From Octopus vulgaris (lineage: Eukaryota), in NCBI GenBank assembly GCA_951406725.2, contig OX597815.1, forward strand, positions 189,844,001 to 189,908,000: a stretch of 64,000 bases of DNA, in the 5' to 3' direction. Of the stretch, positions 53,258-64,000 are shown one piece after another. Position 1 is the first letter of the stretch, and each line of letters starts with the position of its first letter. A program made the position numbers and the translations under genes. The notes under the pieces were generated by a model. It was not told the origin of the DNA and made no database searches. It saw only the letters and a program-made list of their open reading frames with translations.

Positions 53258-53628
53258 ATTATTTACATTTTTTACAATTGACGGATATTTGTCTTCATCT
53301 TGTTTGTTGTTAACACAACGTTTCAGCTGATATACCCTCCCGCCTTCATCAGGTGTCTTGGGGAAATTTCGAACCTAGGTTCTCATTCCTAAGGTATTTT
53401 TCAATGTTGTTGTTGTTGTTATTATTATTATTATTATTATTCAAGTCACTGCCTGGAATCGAACTTGGAATCTTAGGGTTAGTAGCCCGCGCTCTTAACC
53501 ACTATGCTATATGCCCATGGGCATATGGAGTAGTTGTTAACATTGTGTTAACAACAAACAAGATGAGGACAAATATTCGTCAAATGTAAATAGTGTAAAT
53601 AATTCCTCATCTCTTAAATATAGAACTG
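53258..53628 (-). mobile_element. tRNA-headed, HHR-containing SINE-like element with inverted 3'-end copy
   Basis: tRNA-like 53445-53516 (-), (AAT/AAC)n, HHR 53313-53356, inverted tail 53543-53628. Confidence 0.7.
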
Positions 53629-54077
53629 AATGACCAATGAAAATAATACATTTTTACCCTCTTCTTTTACTCTCTAACAAAATGTTACCCACCAATTTTA
53701 ACTATGCTATTTAATATTTCCTCATACTGCACATGACATGAGTAAATATGGTCAGCCCAAGGATAAAGTAAATTGCATTTGTCCAAGGTGCTACACAGCA
53801 GGACTGAAGCTGAGATCATGTGGTTGTGAAGCAAGTTTCTTACCACACAGCCATGCCTGCACCTGGTTAGGAGGTATTGTACATTCTTAAAATAGTTATT
53901 GGCTAGAATTATCTATAATTCTCAACAAATAATTATACAATTTAAAGAAAGAAGAAAAAAATTTATCTTCACCATAGTTTCATCAATAACAGGGCAAAAA
54001 CAAATAACTAAACGCATTAACAAAAACCGAGAGCAGAGAAATAAACAAAAATATACATACATACTTATATATTCATA

Positions 54078-56192
<2,115 letters not shown>

Positions 56193-56194
56193 GT

Positions 56195-57842
56195 AAAAAA
56201 TGAAGTTCGAAAATGCTGCTGTATTATATAATTTTTAATTTTTATATATACATTATAACATGTTTCAGTTCCTGAAATGAACCTTATCAAAAAAAGTTAT
56301 ATATAAAAAGAGACAGCTCATGCCGTCAAACACAAGAAATTCATTTATAATACACAACGGAGTCAGACATCTTAGAGTTCATGTATAGTTGATATATAGT
56401 TCATGTATAGTTGATATATAGTTTGAAGTATATTTCAAAGTGTTCGATGCAGTGGCCCACGGTGGCGATACGTATTCAATGCAAAAAACAGATCAAAGTG
56501 GTGGAAAGCGGTCAATACAGAAGATTGATGTTTCCGAAAGAGCGAGGAATTCATTTTTACCTTAAGCAATTGTGATGACCCATGGTGGAAGTTCGCTGGG
56601 TGGTTCTAGTGATTTTTTGTGAAATGCTTGGTTTTATAATGCCTGTTAGGTGGTCAATCTAGCGTAGCGTGACGTCATCAATGTTTTGACCAATCGTTTC
56701 GTTAGTTGGCTTTAATCAAGTGGAACGGGACGTCATCATTATTTTGACCAATCAGTGCATTATAACTCCCTCTTGTTTGTTTCCTGTCTTGACCAGTCGC
56801 TTCGTTAGTCAAGCATAGCGGGATGTCATTCAGATTCTGCCCAATCACGACTTATAGCTACATTAGATCTGTCCCCTGTCTGTACTTGTTAGGTGACTAT
56901 TCAAGCAGAAAAGGACGTCATCAATATTCTGACTAATGACTGTCCCCTGTTTGTATCCTGTCCATTCTAGCAGAGCTAGATGTCATCAACTTGTTGACCA
57001 ATCAGAATCGGGTCTGACCCTTAGCTGTATCGTATGTATCAGGGTCAGATTTGCACGAAAGAATTTTTTTCCTTTTTTTACTAAGGCATATTTCCGTCAG
57101 AGTGAGTGTCTGTTTGAAGTAGCGGCCGTGGTGAAATTTGGTTCTCCTTTTCGGAGGACTTATCTTTTGTTTTAGTATTCCTGGCCCAGGGTGTTTAAAC
57201 TTGGTCTAAATTTTTTTATGAAATATAGTTCTTTATTTTGGCGTTGTGTGAAGGTTGCGTTGTCACTGAATTTATAGAGCGGGTTAGTTGTAAATTTCGG
57301 ATTTACATTTCCAGCACATCTATCTATGTGTCCGCTGACCGGTATTTTGCGGTAATCAGGGTTTCTAATTTGTGATTTATGCACCGCCATCCTGTTACGT
57401 AAGCTATTTTTTGTATGGCCTATATACTGCCTATTGCAGCCTGCGCATGTTATGACGTAAATTAAGTTTTCTGATGCGCAGGTGAAGTTTGTTCTAATGG
57501 TGAACTGGTGGCCTTGTTCCAGTATAAATTCTGATCCTTCTTTCAAGATGACACAGATTCCGCAGTTGGGCCTTCCACATTTTCTAACTGCTGGTTTTGT
57601 GGTTGATGTTGAGTGCAGTGTAGCTTGGGTTAAAATCCTTTTCAAGGATTTTGGTTGCCGTTTACTTTTAATGATCGTGTGTGTTTCGAGGATCCGGTTC
57701 ATCTTTGGGTCTCCCTTTAGTAGGGCTGTGCTTTGTAGTATGGTGTTGAAGGCCTCATTGTTGAGTGGGTTGTGTGTAGAGATGTAGGGAAGGGTTTTTA
57801 ATTGTTCTTTCTTTTTTGGTTTTGTTTGTCTCAGGTCTTCAT
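56195..57842 (-). mobile_element. 5'-truncated Penelope-like element (GIY-YIG, 3' UTR, pLTR with HHR-like motif)
   Basis: GIY-YIG ORF followed by about 1 kb UTR; both ends in TA arrays. Confidence 0.9.
57172..57842 (-). CDS. PLE linker and GIY-YIG endonuclease (partial)
   Basis: LPYISTHNP...CGRPNCGIC...[25 protein letters not shown]...LRNRMAVH...RQNKELYFI...PSLN; frame open upstream to the TA tract. Confidence 0.9.
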
Positions 57843-59040
<1,198 letters not shown>

Positions 59041-62000
59041 TCATCATCATCATCGTTTAGCGTCCGTTTTCCATGCTAGCATGGGTTGGACGGTTCTACT
59101 GGGGTCTGTGAAGCCAGAAGGCTTCATCAGGCCCAGTCAAATCTGGCAGTGTTTCTACGGCTGGATGCCCTTCCTAACGCCAACCACTCCGTGAGTGTAG
59201 TGGGTGCTGTTTACGTGCCACCCGCACTGGTGCCAGACAGAGCTGGCAAACGGCCACGAACGGATGGTGCTTTTTATGTGCCACCGGCACGAGGGCCAGG
59301 CAAGGCTGGCAACGGACACGAAACGGGGCGGTGCTGGCAACGGTCGCAAAACGGAAAGTTCTCTTACATGCCACCGGCACTGGTAACACATCTGCAATTT
59401 CCATTGATCGATTTCCATTGATCGATTTCGATTCTGATCCTCACTTGCCTCAACGGGTCTTCACAAGCAGAGTTTTGACATGCCACCGGCACTGGTAGCA
59501 CATCCGCAATTTCCATTGATCGATTTCGATTCTGATCCTCACTTGCCTCAACACGTCTTCACAAGTAGAGTTTTGTGTCCCAAGAAGGGAAGGTATGCAT
59601 ACGTAGGCCGGCTCCATCCCATGTAGAAGGCCACGGGTTATGGACTCACTTGTCCTGCCGGGTCTTCTCGCGCACAGCACACTTCCAGAGGTCTCGGTCT
59701 CTAGTCATTTCCTCAGTGAGACCTAAAGTTCGAAGGTCGTGCTTCACCACCTCGTCCCAGGTTTTCCTGGGTCTGCCTCTTCCACAGGTTCCCTCAACCG
59801 CTAGGGTGTGGCCCTTTTTCACACAACTATCTTCATCCATTCTCGCCACATGACCATACCAGTGCAAACGTCTCTCTTGCACACCACAACTGATGCTTCT
59901 TAGGTCCAGCTTTTCTCTCAAGGTACTTACACTCTGCCGAGTGTGAGTACCGGCATTACACATCCATCGGAGCATACTGGCTTCATTTCTAGCGAGCTTA
60001 CGCATATCCTCAGCAGTCACGGCCCATGTTTCACTGCCATGTAGCATGGCTGTTCGTACACACGCATCATACAGTCTGCCTTTCACTCTGTGCGAGAGGC
60101 CTTTTGTCACCAGCAGAGGTAAGAGCTCTCTGAACTTTGCCCAAGCTATTCTTACTCTAGCAGTTACACTTTCAGCACACCCGCCCCCGCTGCTGACTTG
60201 GTCACCTAGGTAACGGAAACTATCAACTATTTCTAGTTTTTCTCCCTGGAAAGTGACGGAAGTTGGTCTCAGAGCATTTTCAGTGTTTATTGTTCCTGAG
60301 CATCTGCCACATACAAAAACCATCTTCCTAGTTAGCCTTCCTTTGACATTGCTGCATCTCTTATGTGTCCATAGCTTACACTTGGTGCATCTTATAGAGT
60401 TTCTACCTACACCTTTTCTACAGATCGAGCAGGGCCATCTACCTGAAGGTGTTTGTGATTTGTCTACCTTCCTACTGATTACGACTTTGGTTTTAGCTAG
60501 ATTGACTCTGAGGCCCTTCGATTCTAATCCTTGTTTCCACACCTGAAACTTCTCCTCCAGTTCTGATAGCGACTCAGCAATTAGAGCAAGGTCATCAGCA
60601 TAGAGGAGCTCCCAAGGGCATCCTGTCTTGAATTCCTCCGTTATTGCCTGGAGGACTATGATAAATAGGAGGGGGCTGAGTACTGAGCCTTGGTGGACTC
60701 CTACCTCTACCCGGAATTCTTCACTGTACACATTTCCAACCCTCACCCTACTAGCGGCGTCCCTATACATGGCCCGCACAGCTCTCACTAACCATTCATC
60801 TATCCCTAGTTTCCTCATTGCCCACCAGATAAGGGATCGGGGGACCCTGTCGAAGGCTTTCTCCATGTCAACAAAAGCCAGGTACAGGGGCTTATCTTTG
60901 GCTAGGTATTTCTCCTGCAGCTGCCTTACCAGGAATATAGCATCAGTAGTACTTTTCCCTGGCACAAACCCAAACTGCATCTCATCTAAACTAACTCTCT
61001 CTCTAATTAGTTGGGCTATGACCCTCTCCGTAACCTTCATCACCTGGTCCAACAGCTTGATACCTCTGTAGTTATTTGTATCTAGGGCATCACCTTTACC
61101 TTTGTAGCAGTTGACTATTATACTGCTACACCAGTCATTGGGTATGACCCCTTTGTGTATCACCTGATTAACTATACGGGTGACTAGGCTATAGCCGACA
61201 CTACCAGACATTTTGAGCATCTCTGCAGTGATTCCTGATGGGCCTGGGGCTTTCCCTGTCTTCATGCTTCTAATTGCCTTAGCTACCACGGAACTATCAA
61301 CTCGGATAGCTGGTCCCTCTGTTGGGTCAACATTCGGCAGACTCTCTTTATCCCATTCATTTTCTTCATTCAGCAACCTTTCATAGTGGCATCTCCAAAC
61401 CTCTCTCTTTGCATCCTCATTTAGCGCAAGTGAACCATCTTCCATGCGAACACACTTCTCTCCTACCACATCACGATTCTCTCTCACACACTGTCTTGCA
61501 ACACGAAACACCTCCAGTCTTTGGTCCTCACGGCGCAGAACATTGGCAAATTTTTTCTTATCTGCTTCCCCTCTGGCTAAATAAACCTGTCTCCTAGCTT
61601 CTCTTTTGGCAGTCTGATACAATCCCCTGCTACCCCCATTTTTCCAGACCTTCCAAGCCTGTCTCTTTTCTCTAATAGCCCTGTCTACAATATTGTTCCA
61701 CCACCACGTTATTCTAGGTCGAGAGGGGACTTTGCACCAGCCACAGATCTGGTCAGTGGCTCTCAGCAGGTTGTCCCTTAGAAACGTCCAGCTGTCTTCT
61801 ACCCCCTGTGATGCTCTATCCCCTTCTACTTCGTCAGAGGCTTCAAGTAATATGTCCCTAAATCTCTGTCCATTTGCAGGATCTTTAAGCTTCCAGATCC
61901 TTCTTCTCCATATTTGTCATCTTCTGGTTGTCCTCCTAGTCCTGATCCTAAAGTCACTAACTACCAGTCTATGTTGTGGGGTACATTCTTCACCTGGGAA

Positions 62001-62441
62001 GGTTTTGGCATTTATAAGCAGCCATCTCTCCCTTTGCCTTGTAAGGATGTAGTCAATTTGGCTGGTATGTTGGCCCGATTGGTAAGTGACTAGGTGGCTG
62101 GTAGGTTTCCTGAAGTTAGTGTTGCAAATCATAAGATTATTTGCATCGCAGAACTCCAGCAGCCTGGTTCCCTCCTCGTTGCGGGAGCCATAGCCATAGC
62201 CTCCATGTATGCCATGGAAGCCCCCAGCATGTCGTCCAACGTGACCATTGAAGTCACCAGCCACAAAGATAAGGTCTCTGTCGTTCGTCAACGAGGTAGT
62301 CTGCAGTAGAGTGTCATAGAATCGGTCTTTCTGTCCATCGGGTAGCCCCGACTGAGGAGCATAGGCTGATATAATGGTTGCTAAACTATGATGAAGCACT
62401 AATCTAATCTTAAGTATTCTGTCACATACTCTGATTACCTC
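59041..62441 (-). mobile_element. Near-intact 5'-truncated RTE-clade LINE
   Basis: APE remnant ([26 protein letters not shown]), RT ORF, 3' UTR, (ATG)n tail; stop near 61917 and frameshift near 61622. Confidence 0.95.
59646..61622 (-). CDS. RTE LINE reverse transcriptase with internal PHD-like Cys cluster (disrupted ORF)
   Basis: KAPGPSGI, QFGF, FVDMEKAFD, GVHQGSVLSP, YADD, CSIC..C..C..H..C..C..C, GRGRPRKTW. Confidence 0.92.
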   Translation of the reverse strand: MYQTAKREARRQVYLARGEADKKKFANVLRREDQRLEVFRVARQCVRENRDVVGEKCVRMEDGSLALNEDAKREVWRCHYERLLNEENEWDKESLPNVDPTEGPAIRVDSSVVAKAIRSMKTGKAPGPSGITAEMLKMSGSVGYSLVTRIVNQVIHKGVIPNDWCSSIIVNCYKGKGDALDTNNYRGIKLLDQVMKVTERVIAQLIRERVSLDEMQFGFVPGKSTTDAIFLVRQLQEKYLAKDKPLYLAFVDMEKAFDRVPRSLIWWAMRKLGIDEWLVRAVRAMYRDAASRVRVGNVYSEEFRVEVGVHQGSVLSPLLFIIVLQAITEEFKTGCPWELLYADDLALIAESLSELEEKFQVWKQGLESKGLRVNLAKTKVVISRKVDKSQTPSGRWPCSICRKGVGRNSIRCTKCKLWTHKRCSNVKGRLTRKMVFVCGRCSGTINTENALRPTSVTFQGEKLEIVDSFRYLGDQVSSGGGCAESVTARVRIAWAKFRELLPLLVTKGLSHRVKGRLYDACVRTAMLHGSETWAVTAEDMRKLARNEASMLRWMCNAGTHTRQSVSTLREKLDLRSISCGVQERRLHWYGHVARMDEDSCVKKGHTLAVEGTCGRGRPRKTWDEVVKHDLRTLGLTEEMTRDRDLWKCAVREKTRQDK

Positions 62442-62444
62442 AAT

Positions 62445-62459
62445 TAATATATATATATC

Positions 62460-62523
<64 letters not shown>

Positions 62524-62880
62524 GATAGATATATATATATATATATGTAGATATATATATATATATATGTAGATATATATATATATATGTAGATAGATAT
62601 ATATATATATGTAGATAGATATATATATATATATGTAGATAGATATATATATATATAGATAGATATATATATATATATGTAGATAGATATATATATATGT
62701 AGATAGATATATATATATGTAGATAGATATATATATATGTAGATAGATATATATATATGTAGATAGATATATATATATATGTAGATAGATATATATATAT
62801 ATAGATATATATATGTAGATATATATATATATATAGATATATATATGTAGATATATATATATATATAGATATATATATGT

Positions 62881-62915
<35 letters not shown>

Positions 62916-63020
62916 GATAGATATATATATATATATATATGTAGATAGATAGATACATATATATGTAGAGATATATATATATATAGATAGATAGATACTC
63001 ACATACATACATACATACGT
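62445..63020. repeat. (TA)n/(GATA)n compound microsatellite
   Basis: Directly visible. Confidence 0.95.
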
Positions 63021-63691
63021 ACATATTATATATCCATATATAAACTCAATTAATTTGAGCAAATGCTTTGCGACAAATATTTTTGCCCAGAAATAAACAG
63101 AAATAATGCAGACAACATCCAAATAAGAATACAAACAAGCGAGCAAAATATATAATGAGACTATACAGTGGAACGGCAATCCTGCACATATAAATGTAGA
63201 CAATGTAAGACATAGCTGAATTCAAAAATATACAATATCTCGTCTCAGTTATTAACAGAGTTCAGAAAAGACAAAAATAATCAAAGAAACAAAACCAAGA
63301 TTAACTATCTTAGAAGTAATCACCGACTCGATGTTCAGCCAAAGTAAAAGAAACTATGCTTCTGATATGCTATAAATATAGCAGACATTTCCTAGACTAT
63401 GTCAATTTTGGTTCATGCCCACATTACAAACTGTGGCTTATAAATCAAAACAAACTACAAATATTTCAAAATCACACTATGAATTATGATAAGCTGTGTG
63501 TTGTACTACAGCAGACACTGACCACCAAATGCATATTATTGCAGTGTAGGAGAAAGCCTTGTCAATATATTTATTTAACCAGTCACACTTTGGGATTATT
63601 TGCTGTCAATGCAGGCCTTCCAAGTTCCCTATATTTCTGGATTATATCTTATTAAAGTTCACCTCTCTCTCTCTCTCCCTCTCCATTTCCT

Positions 63692-63722
<31 letters not shown>

Positions 63723-63892
63723 CCTGAATGACACAACAATGGACTATAATAACTGCTATAATTTAATCATCCATAGTCTGATATAATAATAATATTTCAG
63801 AATATAAAAATTCCTTCTTCAGATAAACAATGTTTCAAGTGAACTATATCTCTACGCCTGGGCTGGGCCAAGTTCGCAACTGCTTGGGAGTT

Positions 63893-63930
63893 TATCTGAA
63901 GAAGGAATTTTTATATTCCGAAATATCATA
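63893..63930 (+). ncRNA. Minimal HHR motif in fold-back 63732-63980
   Basis: tat CTGAAGA a ggaat-loop-attcc GAAAT ATC ata; mirror copy 63788-63825 (-). Confidence 0.75.
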
Positions 63931-64000
63931 TCAGATTATGGATGATTAAATTATAACAGCTATTATAGTCCATTGTTGTGCCATTTAAGACACATTATAT

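Noticed and set aside
53445-53516. Possible tRNA gene
   Set aside because: Acceptor stem does not pair and no T-run terminator follows; treated as a SINE head
60253-61597. Plus-strand ORFs of 91-147 aa
   Set aside because: Antisense shadows of the RTE reverse transcriptase ORF

Overview
AT-rich, repeat-dominated eukaryotic DNA. I infer an octopus/cephalopod origin from the SINE types, the RTE/Penelope content and the extreme microsatellite load. I found no host protein-coding gene I can support; most ORFs in the track are microsatellite or SINE read-through. The window holds a near-intact 5'-truncated RTE LINE, several Penelope-like element (PLE) fragments including a GIY-YIG end, an R4/Dong 3' end, decayed mariners, non-autonomous Helitrons, a Helentron-type HINE, several MITEs and many tRNA-derived SINEs. 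The main finding is about 20 minimal type I hammerhead-ribozyme (HHR)-like motifs from roughly ten distinct short element families. Most lie beside (TA)n tracts, many are outward-pointing inverted pairs (fold-backs), and several carry recurrent non-canonical cores (U3-A8, CUGUYGA, CCGAYGA). One is fused to a tRNA-like head, suggesting a PLE-mobilised ribozyme SINE. All motifs were read by eye and activity is untested.
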